A stretch of 64,000 nt of DNA from Nitrospiraceae bacterium (GTDB lineage: Bacteria; Nitrospirota; Nitrospiria; Nitrospirales; Nitrospiraceae). The stretch spans positions 128,001 through 192,000 of the forward strand of contig JBFWWG010000006.1 in the NCBI GenBank assembly GCA_050246315.1, in the 5' to 3' direction. This document shows, piece after piece, positions 8,873-19,664 of this stretch. Positions within the stretch are counted from its first letter, which is position 1; every line of letters starts with the position of its first letter. The notes under the pieces are model-generated. The model was not told where the DNA came from. It saw nothing but the letters and a program-made list of their open reading frames with translations, and made no database searches. Made by a program: the position numbers and the translations under genes.

Positions 8873-10231
8873 ATGATGCGCCAAGCACATCCAGGTTGCG
8901 CCCGGACACCACCTGTGCTGGCGCGGAGGGCGGGTTTGCGGTGCCTGCTCCTGACCTCGTGGGTCTGGTGCTGGCTGCTCACCCCTGGTGTAGCCACGGC
9001 GACCCCCCAGGTCGTCGTGGCTTCCTATGACGGAGTGATCAACCCCGTGGCGGCGGAATACGTGCGTGACGCGCTCGACCATGCTTCGGCTGTCCAGGCG
9101 CAGGCGCTGGTGCTCCAACTCGATACACCAGGCGGCCTTGACACATCCATGCGCTCCATGATCAAGGACTTTACGGCTTCGACCATGCCGGTCGTCGTCT
9201 ACGTCGCTCCATCCGGAGGTCGGGCCGCGTCGGCCGGCGTCTTTCTCACGTTGGCCGCCCATGTCGCCGCCATGGCCCCGGGCACGAATATCGGCGCCGC
9301 CCATCCGGTCGCGATGGGGGGCGGTGAGATGGATAAGACCATGAAGGAGAAGGTGGAGAACGATTCGGCTGCTTACATCAAGTCCCTGGCCGAACAACAT
9401 GGGCGCAACGCGAAATGGGCGGAGGAGGCGGTCCGAAAGAGTGTATCCGTGACCGAAAAGGAGGCGCTCTCCCTGAAGATCATCGATCTGGTGGCCGAGG
9501 ATCTTCCGACTCTCCTCACAGCGCTCGACGGACGATCGGTCATGCTGGGCAACCGGAAGGTGACACTCCACACGGCACAGGCACCCTTGGAGCCCTTTCC
9601 CATGAGCCTCCGGCTGCACATCCTCAAGACTCTCAGCGATCCGAACATCGCCTACATTCTCATGACTTTAGGCACAGTCGGGCTCCTCGCGGAACTCTAC
9701 AACCCCGGCGCGATCCTCCCCGGCGTCGTGGGAGCGATCAGCTTGATCCTGGCCTTTTATTCCTTTCAGTCCCTCCCGGTGAATTATGCCGGCATCTTGT
9801 TGATTCTCTTAGGGATCGTGTTTTTCATCCTGGAGGCGTTGGTCGTGAGTTTCGGGGTCTTGGCCATCGGAGGTGTGACGGCCATGGTGCTGGGGTCGTT
9901 GATGCTCATGAAGACCGATGCGGAGTTTCTCCAAATCTCCTGGTCAGTCATCATTCCGGTTGTGGCGGCCGTCGCCAGCCTCTCATTGTTCATCGTCGGG
10001 GTCGGCCTCCGGGCCTTGCGGCGCAAGCCCATGACCGGGCTTGAAGAAATGATCGGCCTCGTCGGGGAGGCCAAAACGACGGTGGCGCCCCGCGGCCAGA
10101 TCGCGATCCGCGGCGAACTCTGGGATGCTGTCAGCGATGTGCCGCTTCAACCGGGCGACACCGCCGAAGTTACACGCGTGGAGGGGTTGCGCCTCTACGT
10201 CAAACCGGTTCTCCGGAGAAAAGAGGCCTAA
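8873..10231 (+). CDS. nfeD: NfeD family membrane-bound protease (start approximate)
   Basis: [20 protein letters not shown]-terminal GELWDA OB domain. Confidence 0.92.
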   Translation: MMRQAHPGCARTPPVLARRAGLRCLLLTSWVWCWLLTPGVATATPQVVVASYDGVINPVAAEYVRDALDHASAVQAQALVLQLDTPGGLDTSMRSMIKDFTASTMPVVVYVAPSGGRAASAGVFLTLAAHVAAMAPGTNIGAAHPVAMGGGEMDKTMKEKVENDSAAYIKSLAEQHGRNAKWAEEAVRKSVSVTEKEALSLKIIDLVAEDLPTLLTALDGRSVMLGNRKVTLHTAQAPLEPFPMSLRLHILKTLSDPNIAYILMTLGTVGLLAELYNPGAILPGVVGAISLILAFYSFQSLPVNYAGILLILLGIVFFILEALVVSFGVLAIGGVTAMVLGSLMLMKTDAEFLQISWSVIIPVVAAVASLSLFIVGVGLRALRRKPMTGLEEMIGLVGEAKTTVAPRGQIAIRGELWDAVSDVPLQPGDTAEVTRVEGLRLYVKPVLRRKEA

Positions 10232-10233
10232 CG

Positions 10234-11007
10234 ATGGGACTGACAGGGTTAGTGCTGGTCCTCTTGTTCTTTTTGCTCATTGCCAAGCTCACATTCAATG
10301 TCCTGCCGGAATACGAGCGAGCCGTCATATTCCGACTTGGTCGCCTCTCACAGGGCCTGGTCGGGGGCAACGGACCGGGACTAGTCGTCATCCTGCCCTT
10401 CATCGATCGACTGGTTCGTATCAGTCTCCGAACCGTTGTCATGGATGTCCCGCAGCAAGACGTGATCACCAAGGACAACGTCACGGTCAAAGTCAACGCC
10501 GTCATTTACTTCCGAGTTGTTGATCCGGAACGCGCCGTCATTCAGGTGGAGGATTACTTCACGGCCACTTCCATGATGTCTCAAACGACACTGCGGAGCG
10601 TCCTGGGCCAATCTCAGCTTGACGAATTGCTGTCCAAGCGCGAGGAGATCAACGCGAACCTGCAACAGATCATCGACCAACAAACCGAACCCTGGGGGAT
10701 CAAGGTGACCGCCGTGGAGGTGAAGAACGTCGATCTTCCTCAAGAAATGCAACGGGCCATCGCGCGGCAGGCGGAGGCGGAGCGGGAGAGACGGGCAAAA
10801 ATCATTCACGCCGAAGGGGAGTTTCAAGCCGCACAACGCTTGGCCGATGCGGCCAGAGTCATCAGCCAGGAACCGGCAACGTTGCAACTGCGGTACCTCC
10901 AAACACTCGTGGAAATCGCCACGGAGAAAAACTCCACCATCATCTTTCCGATCCCCGTCGATACCCTCGCCCCTTTCCTCAAGTACCTGCCGGATCGCAA
11001 ACCCTGA
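10234..11007 (+). CDS. SPFH/stomatin (slipin) family protein
   Basis: [30 protein letters not shown]; canonical nfeD partner. Confidence 0.93.
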   Translation: MGLTGLVLVLLFFLLIAKLTFNVLPEYERAVIFRLGRLSQGLVGGNGPGLVVILPFIDRLVRISLRTVVMDVPQQDVITKDNVTVKVNAVIYFRVVDPERAVIQVEDYFTATSMMSQTTLRSVLGQSQLDELLSKREEINANLQQIIDQQTEPWGIKVTAVEVKNVDLPQEMQRAIARQAEAERERRAKIIHAEGEFQAAQRLADAARVISQEPATLQLRYLQTLVEIATEKNSTIIFPIPVDTLAPFLKYLPDRKP

Positions 11008-11397
11008 TTGACGTGCTCCACCCGCGCGTCCCCAGACTCTACTCCACCTTCCTCTGCCATGGGTGGGAAGCTATCAAGCCATCACGCGCACCGGTTTGTC
11101 GTTCGTCATCCTTTGTTTATTAGCGTCTTCTAATCAAATTCTAATCCCCACCTTACCATCCTGTGGCAAGGTTGCGACAACAACTGTGGCACCTATGCAT
11201 CGCAGCCGGAGCAACATCCCGCTCGGGTTCTGCGCTCGTAGAAAGGGCGGGGGCTGCGGGTGATCGAGGGAGGTGCGAGCGGAATCCAAATGAATCGTTT
11301 GACGAACTTCTACCTCTAAGAGTAATGCAAGAAGGAGCAGACGCGTAACCATTCGGCGAGTCGATATGAGACGATCGGCTCCTGGGAGGAGGGCACG

Positions 11398-12669
11398 GTG
11401 ATTGCAGATCGATTAGGCATCATGACAATTCACAAACAGCAGACCAGCGCAACTGTTCCGGTCGATATCGAGCAGGACGATCGCGTCGCCAGCGAAATGC
11501 TCGAGGTCATTGCACAAGATAATCAACAGTCCGCCCTCACGCCTCCGGGCGAACAAAGGCCGGGAGAGAAGCGGTCGGTGCTCGGCGATCGCTCGATGGA
11601 ATTGGAGTCGGTTTATTTCCGTTCGTTCGGTCCACGCCCCCTTCTGACGAAAGCGGAAGAAGTGGCCTTGGCGCGCCGGACCGACGAAGGGACCCGCCTG
11701 ATTCGAGCCGCCCTCCGAGAGGCGGTGCAGGTCGCTTCCCGGACCAAGAAATCTCCGGATACAGCACACCTCATCGCGACCCTCGACGAAACCCGAAAGC
11801 TGAGCGGGTTCTCGGCTCCGGTATTGGATCGCACAGAAACGACCGTGCGGGCGCTTCAGGACCTGGTGGAGAAACAGGGGAAGGTCGGCGTGACGACAGC
11901 GAAGCGGCTTTGCGCATGTCTCGCTCAAATCCGGCAGGGCCGCATCACCCTGGAGCAGGCGAAGGACGAACTAGTCCGATGCAATCTTAGACTGGTAGTG
12001 GACGTGGCGAAACATTACACCAATCGGGGGCTGGGGCTGCTCGACCTTGTCCAGGAGGGCAATATCGGCTTGATGAAAGCGGCCGAGCGATTCGAGTTCC
12101 GAAAAGGCTTCAAGTTCAGCACCTATGCGACTTGGTGGATTAGGCAAGGCATCACGCGCGCACTGGCTGATCAATCCAGGACCATCCGAGTGCCGGTCCA
12201 CCAGACAGAGGCGTCCAACCGTATCCTCCGCACATCACGCCGCTTGGGGCAACAGCTCGGACGTCCGGCCAGACTGGAGGAGGTCGCCCACAACCTGCGC
12301 ATGCGAACCGACAAGCTTCAGGAAACGATGTTGGTCTTTCAGGAACCGATAGCTCTGGAGCATCCAGTAGGCGACGGTGAAACGCAGTTCGGTGAATTGC
12401 TCGCGGACCAGAATATCGTCCCGCCGGATTCTCACGTCAACCGATCCGAACGGACGCGCGAGTTGGACCGCATCCTCTGCACATTGACGCCCCGCGAGCA
12501 GCTTGTGATCCGGATGCGGTTCGGCATCGGACAGGACCAGCCCCGAACACTGGAACAGGTCGGGCATCAGCTCTCGGTCACACGCGAACGGATCCGGCAG
12601 ATCGAAGCGAAGGCGCTCAAGAAACTCAAGAGTCCGGAGGTCCGCGAGATGCTGACCGCGATTCGTTGA
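11398..12669 (+). CDS. Sigma-70 family RNA polymerase sigma factor (RpoD-like, non-primary)
   Basis: NLRLVV, DLVQEGNIGL, FSTYATWWIRQ, VTRERIRQIE. Confidence 0.92.
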   Translation: MIADRLGIMTIHKQQTSATVPVDIEQDDRVASEMLEVIAQDNQQSALTPPGEQRPGEKRSVLGDRSMELESVYFRSFGPRPLLTKAEEVALARRTDEGTRLIRAALREAVQVASRTKKSPDTAHLIATLDETRKLSGFSAPVLDRTETTVRALQDLVEKQGKVGVTTAKRLCACLAQIRQGRITLEQAKDELVRCNLRLVVDVAKHYTNRGLGLLDLVQEGNIGLMKAAERFEFRKGFKFSTYATWWIRQGITRALADQSRTIRVPVHQTEASNRILRTSRRLGQQLGRPARLEEVAHNLRMRTDKLQETMLVFQEPIALEHPVGDGETQFGELLADQNIVPPDSHVNRSERTRELDRILCTLTPREQLVIRMRFGIGQDQPRTLEQVGHQLSVTRERIRQIEAKALKKLKSPEVREMLTAIR

Positions 12670-12743
12670 CCTTCCACCATCCCTGTGCGGCATGCGCAGC
12701 GGCGATGCCGCGGTAGAGACCAGGCAGAGGCACGAAGAGGATC

Positions 12744-12786
12744 AGGCGGGCGGGTGATGCGGCCGCGTCACCCGCCCGCCTTTTTT
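12744..12786 (+). terminator. Intrinsic terminator
   Basis: GGCGGGCGGGTGA...TCACCCGCCCGCC + T6. Confidence 0.85.
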
Positions 12787-12854
12787 GCTCCATCCACTTG
12801 GGTCATTTCTCGCAAATGTGAGAGAATATCGGCATCCATAGGAGAGGGCCTTGT

Positions 12855-13901
12855 ATGTTTCTTCGCCTGAGTCAGTTCTGTACCCTACTCTGCACGTTGC
12901 TCCTCGGTTTTCTGTCGTTGGACGACGCTGCCCGCGCTACTTCCCCGCTCCCCGCACCTGAGAAGCCCCTGTCCGTACCGGCTGTGGTGTCCAGCGTTCG
13001 CCCCTCAGTGGTCACCATCATGTCGCGCGGGGTCGCACCGAGTCCGGCCCCCCATACAACCTCCGCGGGATCTGGCTCCGGCATCATCATCGATGCCGCC
13101 GGTTACATTCTTACGAACAACCACTTGGTGGAGGGAGTGAAGAGCGTCGTAGTCGGTCTCTCAACAGGACGGTTGACGCCGGGACGTGTGGTCGCCCGCG
13201 ACTTCCTGCTGGATCTCGCCCTGGTTCGGATCAACGCCACCGAACTGGTTCCCGCGCGTCTGAGCGAAGGTCCGGCGCTGGAGATCGGGGAAACCGTGGT
13301 CGCCATCGGCAATCCGCTGGCGCTCAAGGGAGGATCGAGCGTCACGGTCGGGGTCGTCAGCGCATTGGATCGGGCCGTCTTGGCGCCAAACGGGGAAACC
13401 CTCTATGACTTGATCCAGACCGATGCCGCCATCAATCCAGGCAGCAGCGGAGGCCCTCTGGTAGATCTGTCGGGGCGGGTCGTGGGCATCAGCGTCGCCG
13501 TGGCCCCATCCGCCCAAGCCATCAGCTACGCCATTTCAATGGGCGCCGTGTATCCTCACCTCCAATCCATGCTGGTGCGCGGGACGATCATGCGCCCAGA
13601 CTTAGGTTTCATCCCGGTCACCGTGACCCCCAGCATCGCCGCTAGCTTCGGCCTCGAAGCCGACCGGGGCATTCTGGTTGCGCATGTGGACCCGGATAAG
13701 GCCGCGGCCGTGGCTGGCCTCAAGATGGGGGATGTGATCACGGCTATCGACAACCATGCGATTTACAACCTGGGAGACTTCTGGCATGCGTATCTGTCGA
13801 CGCGTGATCACAATCCCGCGCAACTCACTCTTCAAGGCAGGCCGGGACAGGAGACGATTCCTTTGCCACGCATGAATGGCGGCGCTCGTCCGAGCCCATG
13901 A
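12855..13901 (+). CDS. HtrA/DegQ-like S1C serine protease with PDZ domain
   Basis: TNNHLV, DLAL, QTDAAINPGSSGGPL. Confidence 0.9.
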   Translation: MFLRLSQFCTLLCTLLLGFLSLDDAARATSPLPAPEKPLSVPAVVSSVRPSVVTIMSRGVAPSPAPHTTSAGSGSGIIIDAAGYILTNNHLVEGVKSVVVGLSTGRLTPGRVVARDFLLDLALVRINATELVPARLSEGPALEIGETVVAIGNPLALKGGSSVTVGVVSALDRAVLAPNGETLYDLIQTDAAINPGSSGGPLVDLSGRVVGISVAVAPSAQAISYAISMGAVYPHLQSMLVRGTIMRPDLGFIPVTVTPSIAASFGLEADRGILVAHVDPDKAAAVAGLKMGDVITAIDNHAIYNLGDFWHAYLSTRDHNPAQLTLQGRPGQETIPLPRMNGGARPSP

Positions 13902-14695
13902 TGCCCGGAGCCATGCCGCGACCGCTGCGATCTGTACGGACCATGACCAACCCCATAAACGCGCGCTCCGCTACCGAGCAAGGGTCCGCCTCACGTGCGG
14001 CGCTGCTCGTCACGCCGGGCCGGCTCCCGTACGACATGGTCTGGCAGACCCAACGGGCGTGGGTGGAGCATCGTCTGCGTGATCGCCATCCAGATGCCCT
14101 ATTGTTACTGGAGCACGACCCAATCATCACGATGGGACGCCGCACGACCTCACAACACCGGGAAGAGGCTGCACGGGTGATCGCCGCCCACGACATCCCA
14201 CTTTTGGAAGTCGATCGCGGCGGGTCCATCACCTATCACGGACCGGGACAACTCGTAGCCTATCCGATCGTCCGTCTCGCACCCCCCTGCTACGGACCCA
14301 AGGCCTATGTCGCGCGGCTAGAAACGATCGTGATCCGGACGCTCGCCGAATGGGGCATTGAGGGTTTTCTGCGCCCAGGCCTGCATGGAGTCTGGGTCAG
14401 TCCGTCCCATCCCCTCAAGATCGCCTCGATCGGCGTCCGGATCGTCAAGGGCGTGACCATGCATGGTCTGGCGCTCAACGTCTCGATGGATCTCACACCT
14501 TTTCGCTGGATCACCCCTTGCGGGGTCGACGGCTGCAAAGTAACGTCTATGGCGGAACTGTTGGGGCGCGCCATGGTGGTCAACGATGTGCGCACCCGGC
14601 TGGCCCATTGGTTTGCCGTCCTGTTTCAGTGGACCTGGTTGGAACACCGGTGGACCTTGCATTCACCCCTGGAGAGGCTCTGTCATGCAGAATGA
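13898..14695 (+). CDS. lipB: Lipoyl(octanoyl) transferase (start uncertain)
   Basis: LLEH, DRGGSITYHGPGQLVAYP, KIASIG, HGLALN, ITPCG. Confidence 0.92.
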   Translation: MMPGAMPRPLRSVRTMTNPINARSATEQGSASRAALLVTPGRLPYDMVWQTQRAWVEHRLRDRHPDALLLLEHDPIITMGRRTTSQHREEAARVIAAHDIPLLEVDRGGSITYHGPGQLVAYPIVRLAPPCYGPKAYVARLETIVIRTLAEWGIEGFLRPGLHGVWVSPSHPLKIASIGVRIVKGVTMHGLALNVSMDLTPFRWITPCGVDGCKVTSMAELLGRAMVVNDVRTRLAHWFAVLFQWTWLEHRWTLHSPLERLCHAE

Positions 14696-15944
14696 ACTCG
14701 ATACGCCCGCCTTGCGATTGGCGGTGGCGCAATTTGATGAAGCAGCAAGGCGCATGAACTTGGACGGCAATCTGCACCAGCGGCTGAAACTGCCTCAACG
14801 TTCTCTGATGGTCAGTATTCCGGTGCGGATGGATGGCGGCCACGTGGAGGTATTCACGGGCTATCGGGTCCACCATGACATGTCCCGAGGCCCGTGCAAA
14901 GGCGGCATCCGCTATCATCCGGGCGTCACGCTTGGAGAGGTTGCGGCCCTGGCCATGTGGATGACCTGGAAGTGCGCGCTGGCCGGTTTGCCCTACGGAG
15001 GCGCCAAGGGAGGCGTGAGGGTCAATCCCAAAGCGCTCTCCCGCGACGAGCTACAGCGCATGACTCGCCGCTATGCGGCGGAGATTTTTCCACTCATCGG
15101 GCCGGATCGCGACGTGCCGGCGCCGGACGTCGGCACAGATGCCCAGGTGATGGCCTGGATCATGGACACCTACAGTCAGCAGGTCGGCTATGCGTCACCC
15201 GGAGTGGTGACCGGGAAGCCGCTCTCGATCGGGGGGTCTCTCGGGCGAGAGGACGCGACCGGACGCGGAGTGGTGGATGTGACGCTCGCCGCCATGCGAC
15301 ACCTGCGGCTAGACCCGTCCCAGGCTACCGTTGCGGTGCAGGGATTCGGCAACGTCGGCTCGCACACAGCCCGCATTATGCAAGAGGCCGGCTTCAAGGT
15401 CGTGGCGGTCAGCGACGTCAACGGCGGGATATACAATTCGAAGGGCCTGGACATTCCGGACATTCTCAAACGTTACCGAGAGGAAGGCACGCCCCTTGGA
15501 AAGGTCCAGACCGGTGACCGGATCAGCAACGAAAACCTGCTACAACTGCCCTGCACCGTCTTGGTGCCGGCAGCCCTCTCGGAACAGATCACCGAGAAGA
15601 ACGCGGACAAACTCCGATGCCGTATTCTCGCCGAAGGCGCCAACGGCCCGACGACCATGGAGGCAGACGCCATCCTGGCAGAGAAGGGCACGTTCGTCAT
15701 TCCCGATATCCTAGCGAATTCCGGCGGCGTCATCGTCTCGTATTTTGAATGGGTGCAGGATGCCCAACGATTCGAGTGGAAGTCCAAAGACATTCAAGAG
15801 CGGTTACACGACATCATTACCACCGCCTTTGGCAGGACCTTGGCCTTCGCGACGGAACACAAGACGACCATGCGAATGGCCGCCTTGATGGGCGGCATCG
15901 AGAAGGTCGCACAAGCACATCTCCACCGCGGGCTCTATCCGTAA
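14685..15944 (+). CDS. gdhA: Glu/Leu/Phe/Val dehydrogenase (glutamate dehydrogenase)
   Basis: KGGIRY, GGAKGG, VPAPDV, QGFGNVG, EGANGP. Confidence 0.92.
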   Translation: MQNELDTPALRLAVAQFDEAARRMNLDGNLHQRLKLPQRSLMVSIPVRMDGGHVEVFTGYRVHHDMSRGPCKGGIRYHPGVTLGEVAALAMWMTWKCALAGLPYGGAKGGVRVNPKALSRDELQRMTRRYAAEIFPLIGPDRDVPAPDVGTDAQVMAWIMDTYSQQVGYASPGVVTGKPLSIGGSLGREDATGRGVVDVTLAAMRHLRLDPSQATVAVQGFGNVGSHTARIMQEAGFKVVAVSDVNGGIYNSKGLDIPDILKRYREEGTPLGKVQTGDRISNENLLQLPCTVLVPAALSEQITEKNADKLRCRILAEGANGPTTMEADAILAEKGTFVIPDILANSGGVIVSYFEWVQDAQRFEWKSKDIQERLHDIITTAFGRTLAFATEHKTTMRMAALMGGIEKVAQAHLHRGLYP

Positions 15945-15976
15945 CCGGCGGGACGAGGCCGACCGGATGATCGCAC

Positions 15977-16375
15977 ATGCTGCACGGGATCCTGACCTTG
16001 CTGGCGGTGACCTGGGCCATCGATGGGCTCGCACTCGTGTTCTCGCCTCGGACTGTGATAGAACTCCTGCGCAACTACCTCGATCGAGACACTGGTCCCT
16101 CACGCTGGTGGGGGCTCACCGGTCTCATGGGCATGGCCTTGCTGGTACTCCCAGACATGTTTCGCTTCCAACCGCTCTGGCTGCTTGTCGGCGGAGTGAT
16201 GGTCCTGAAGGGCCTCTTCATCGGGTTGGCTCCTGAGACGTGGCGGAAGCCTGCGGTTGCGTGGAGCCTCTCCAGAGAGGAGGTGGACTATCGTCTCTGG
16301 GGACTGGCTCTCTGCACGTTCGCTCTGCTGCTGGGCAAGGGACTGGGCGCATTTGGATCACAGCCGGCGCCGTAA
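15977..16375 (+). CDS. Small membrane protein
   Basis: Several hydrophobic segments; follows gdh. Confidence 0.7.
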   Translation: MLHGILTLLAVTWAIDGLALVFSPRTVIELLRNYLDRDTGPSRWWGLTGLMGMALLVLPDMFRFQPLWLLVGGVMVLKGLFIGLAPETWRKPAVAWSLSREEVDYRLWGLALCTFALLLGKGLGAFGSQPAP

Positions 16376-16386
16376 ACTGTAGCCGT

Positions 16387-16686
16387 ATGAACCCTAACGC
16401 AAGCCCAATGGATGAATTCACCAGACTCTGGGAGACACACCGCGACAGCGAATGGCCGAAGTTCATCAGCGCCGATCAGGGCGAACTGATGACCCTCGAT
16501 ACCGTGATCAGCGGCTGCGTTACCTGTTACCTGGACACCCCAGCGGGACTCGATCCTCAGCGTCGCGTGATCCTCCTCCAGTGTCTCGATGACCTCCAGA
16601 CGCTGCTGCCTCGTATTCCGGATGAGGCGACCGACTATTTCATCCGACTCCACCGACTCGCCCGGCTCTTGCATCAGGCCTCTTAG
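16387..16686 (+). CDS. Hypothetical protein
   Basis: ORF MNPNASPMDEFTRLWE...; operon context. Confidence 0.65.
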   Translation: MNPNASPMDEFTRLWETHRDSEWPKFISADQGELMTLDTVISGCVTCYLDTPAGLDPQRRVILLQCLDDLQTLLPRIPDEATDYFIRLHRLARLLHQAS

Positions 16687-17094
16687 CCCCCATTACTCAC
16701 TAGAGTTCGTCACGAAACGACGGGGATGCGACGCGTGGCACCCATTGCATCGGAGGAGCAATGGATCCCCCGTGCGGAGCCGCGAGGTCCCGAGGCATAC
16801 GTGCAACAGTATGTCGAGGGGGTGAGCGGCGAGTCCGCCCGCCATACCGCACTTCGTGTGAACCGGCGGCTCGTCGGGCTGAGCCCCTCTTCATTGTCCC
16901 GCCGGAGAAATCCCTTCGACTGGCCAGGCTTGTCGCTGGGGCGGATACGCAGTTGCAGTAGAATCGTTCATGAATAACGCGGATTAGCCCGCATTCCTCA
17001 TGACACTTCGTGACGCTCCAGCCGTTGCATGACGTAACCCGTAACGGGTCGCATGGCGGGTGCAGGAGAAGCGGTCATGAAGGATGTGGGCTCG
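16684..17094. mobile_element. Two tandem copies of MITE family A (CCCGCATTATTCATGA termini)
   Basis: Degenerate TIRs at 16684/16987 and 16985/17094; internal similarity to 19120-19327 and 21843-22065. Confidence 0.7.
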
Positions 17095-17262
17095 TCCCGC
17101 TGCGACATCGATGAGATTCAGTTTGAGAGCTGGTTCGTGCCCCCGTTCTTGCAACGACCGGACCCCTCCGCTAGAATGCGCCGATTGTGCCGGCCTGAAG
17201 CCGGCCTTGTGACAAGACCATCTACTGTTGACCGTTTGAGTGTCGAGATGAGGGAGGTTGCT

Positions 17263-17796
17263 ATGCGCGCTTGGGTCCGATTTCTGGCATGTTCCGCGGT
17301 GGTAGCCACCAGCCTCTTCGGTGCAGCGGCCTGGACGCTCGCCGAACCCTATGAATTGACCAAGCAGGATCTGATGGACCCGGCGCAAATCAAAAGTACG
17401 GACGTCTCTCTCTTCGGCGTCAAGCTTGGAGATTCCGAAGGCAAGGCTCTGGATATGTTGCTGAATGAAAAGATCCAGGGAGTCAAGGCCGAGCAGGAAG
17501 GCACCTTCATCCTGCTGTACGATCAGCGCAAGCCGATCGGCGCGATGGCGGGCGTCCGGGTGATGGACGGCAAAGTCGATATGTTGTTCATCAACAACCG
17601 GTTCGCCTTTAAGACTCGGGGCATCTTCCGCAACGTGTTGAACAGCGAAAGCTCGGAGGACGTACGGCGCCACCTCGGAAAGGAAACCTCCGGCGACGAG
17701 AATGTGATGGGGGCCAGGCTAGCCTACGATCAGCAGGGCTTCGAAGTGAACTATCTTGGCAAGGATGTGAACGTCGAGTTCATCATGCCGCGGTGA
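17263..17796 (+). CDS. Exported hypothetical protein
   Basis: GGAGG RBS; signal peptide MRAWVRFLACSAVV... Confidence 0.75.
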   Translation: MRAWVRFLACSAVVATSLFGAAAWTLAEPYELTKQDLMDPAQIKSTDVSLFGVKLGDSEGKALDMLLNEKIQGVKAEQEGTFILLYDQRKPIGAMAGVRVMDGKVDMLFINNRFAFKTRGIFRNVLNSESSEDVRRHLGKETSGDENVMGARLAYDQQGFEVNYLGKDVNVEFIMPR

Positions 17797-17839
17797 TCCG
17801 TTCCCTCGGGCGGTCCGACGGGCGACCGTCCGGACGAGT

Positions 17840-18778
17840 TTATTCGTAGGCTTGGTCCCGGTCCGAGATTTGGAACTCCGGGGTCGCCAGCTGAAGCACC
17901 GTCAGGCCGTACTTGATGAGGTCTGACGCGGTCGTCCATCTTCGCTTCGCACCCAAGAGCACGAGCAGCAGCTCCCGCCCGTCCTGTGAGACCTTTGCAA
18001 TCAGACAACGGCCGGCCTTGGACGTAAACCCGGTTTTCACCCCTTCCACTCCCGGCACTCGTCCCAACAGGCGATTGGTATTGTGCAGCAGATAGACCCG
18101 ATTCCCGTTGATCGGTGAGATGAGGTCGCGTTCTTGTCGGACCAAATCTCGAAAGATCGGATTCTCCAGCGCAATTTCGCTGAGGGTCGCCAGATCTTCC
18201 GCGGTCGTGTAATGACCGGGAACGTCAAATCCGCAGGGATTCCCAAAGTGGGTGTCCTTGAGTCCTAAGGCCACGGCCTTCGTGTTCATCAACTCCACGA
18301 AACTGACCTCGTCCGAGGCCACATGCTCCACTGCCGCGACACAGGCGTCGTTGGCGGACACGATCAGCATGGCTTTCAACAAGTCCTCCAGCCTGAACAC
18401 CTGACCAGGCCGCAAGCGGAGTCGCACCTTGTGGGCTCGGGCCGCGCGCTCACTGATCACCACCTCGTCATTCAAATTCCCCTGTTCGAGAATGATGAGC
18501 GCCGACATGATCTTCGTCAGACTGGCAGGAGACAGTCGTACGCCCGCCCGGAACTGATAAAGCGTTTGACCGCTCTTCATGTCTTTGAGGAGAATGCCGT
18601 GAGCCGGGACATGTCGCCACTTGAGCAGCCGGAGACTCTTCGTGGCCTTGTGCGTCAGTCCGGGCGGTTGACTTTCTTCAGCCTGAGCCCAGGCGCCGAC
18701 GCCGCTCATCCCCCCGATCACCCAGAAGAGGAGGACCCGGACAACGACTCGTAGGACCTGCGCTCGCGCAGGCGTCAC
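17840..18778 (-). CDS. D-alanyl-D-alanine carboxypeptidase (peptidase S11)
   Basis: SxxK (SLTK), SxN (SAN), KTG motifs. Confidence 0.92.
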   Translation of the reverse strand: MTPARAQVLRVVVRVLLFWVIGGMSGVGAWAQAEESQPPGLTHKATKSLRLLKWRHVPAHGILLKDMKSGQTLYQFRAGVRLSPASLTKIMSALIILEQGNLNDEVVISERAARAHKVRLRLRPGQVFRLEDLLKAMLIVSANDACVAAVEHVASDEVSFVELMNTKAVALGLKDTHFGNPCGFDVPGHYTTAEDLATLSEIALENPIFRDLVRQERDLISPINGNRVYLLHNTNRLLGRVPGVEGVKTGFTSKAGRCLIAKVSQDGRELLLVLLGAKRRWTTASDLIKYGLTVLQLATPEFQISDRDQAYE

Positions 18779-18826
18779 GGCAGTCGCCTCAACAGGATAC
18801 CCGTCGATGAAAATACCCAGGACATA

Positions 18827-19015
18827 TCAGAGAGTGAATTCCTCGCGGACCTTTCGGCCCCGCACTCCGCTCTCGATAACGCGATGGAAGAATCGCAGCA
18901 GGTCCGCCAGGTCAAGCCAGAACCCACAATTGATGCAGCGCGCATACAGGCGTCGGCTCAGCATCGTGTAATGCCGCTCAATCAGCATGCACCCCTTACA
19001 CTTGAGACAATGCAT
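18827..19015 (-). CDS. Small zinc-ribbon protein
   Basis: MHCLKCKG...RCINCG. Confidence 0.65.
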   Translation of the reverse strand: MHCLKCKGCMLIERHYTMLSRRLYARCINCGFWLDLADLLRFFHRVIESGVRGRKVREEFTL

Positions 19016-19119
19016 CGTCAGTTCGCACAATCCAGGGGCAGCACCCGCGTAGACGCCGCCCTATCTTGCTCATTCCCTTCAAGGGCCTTGACCGGCCCGT
19101 GCCCTGGTTGGTTACCTAG

Positions 19120-19327
19120 CCCGCATTATTCATGAACGTTTCTACTACAATTGCGGACTCGCTGCTGCGACAAGCCTGCACACTCTTTCCACGGTGCAGG
19201 CGGGCCGGTTCGCCGCTCGCCCCCTCAATATGCTGTTTCAAGCATGCTTCGGGGTCTTGCGCCTCCATGGGCTCGTCTCGCCACGCGACTCCGCCATTTC
19301 GTGACGAACTGTCATGAATAATGCGGG
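19120..19327. mobile_element. MITE family A, intact copy
   Basis: Perfect 16-bp TIR CCCGCATTATTCATGA; CTAG on both flanks (19116-19119, 19328-19331). Confidence 0.85.
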
Positions 19328-19528
19328 CTAGCGGAGACGATTGATAATCAGCGCCAGACAGCCAGCAAGAATGCCTCCTCCGAGGATCGTCATGAGAAAC
19401 GACACATAGGCCGGCGTACTGCCGCTGGGATGATGGCCGTAGACAAGATCCCGCACCCCACCTTGCACCATGAGGACCGCTAACGTGGTCAAGGACCCCA
19501 TGGCGAACCACCAGACGAAGGTCCTCAC
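19328..19528 (-). CDS. Small 2-TM membrane protein
   Basis: GGAG RBS, GTG start, two hydrophobic helices. Confidence 0.55.
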   Translation of the reverse strand: MRTFVWWFAMGSLTTLAVLMVQGGVRDLVYGHHPSGSTPAYVSFLMTILGGGILAGCLALIINRLR

Positions 19529-19664
19529 CGGACTCCGAGAGGATGAATGGCAGGCGAGTGGCGCTGACAATCAGGCATCGACACGTGCGCAAATGGTACG
19601 TGCGAGGTATCACCCTGTCAAGGAAAATACCAGCTCGGGCCTCACCGCTGCGCGATCAGCGCGA

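Noticed and set aside
11160..11205. Sigma-54 promoter (TGGCA motifs) upstream of the sigma factor
   Set aside because: No TTGC at the required -12 spacing.
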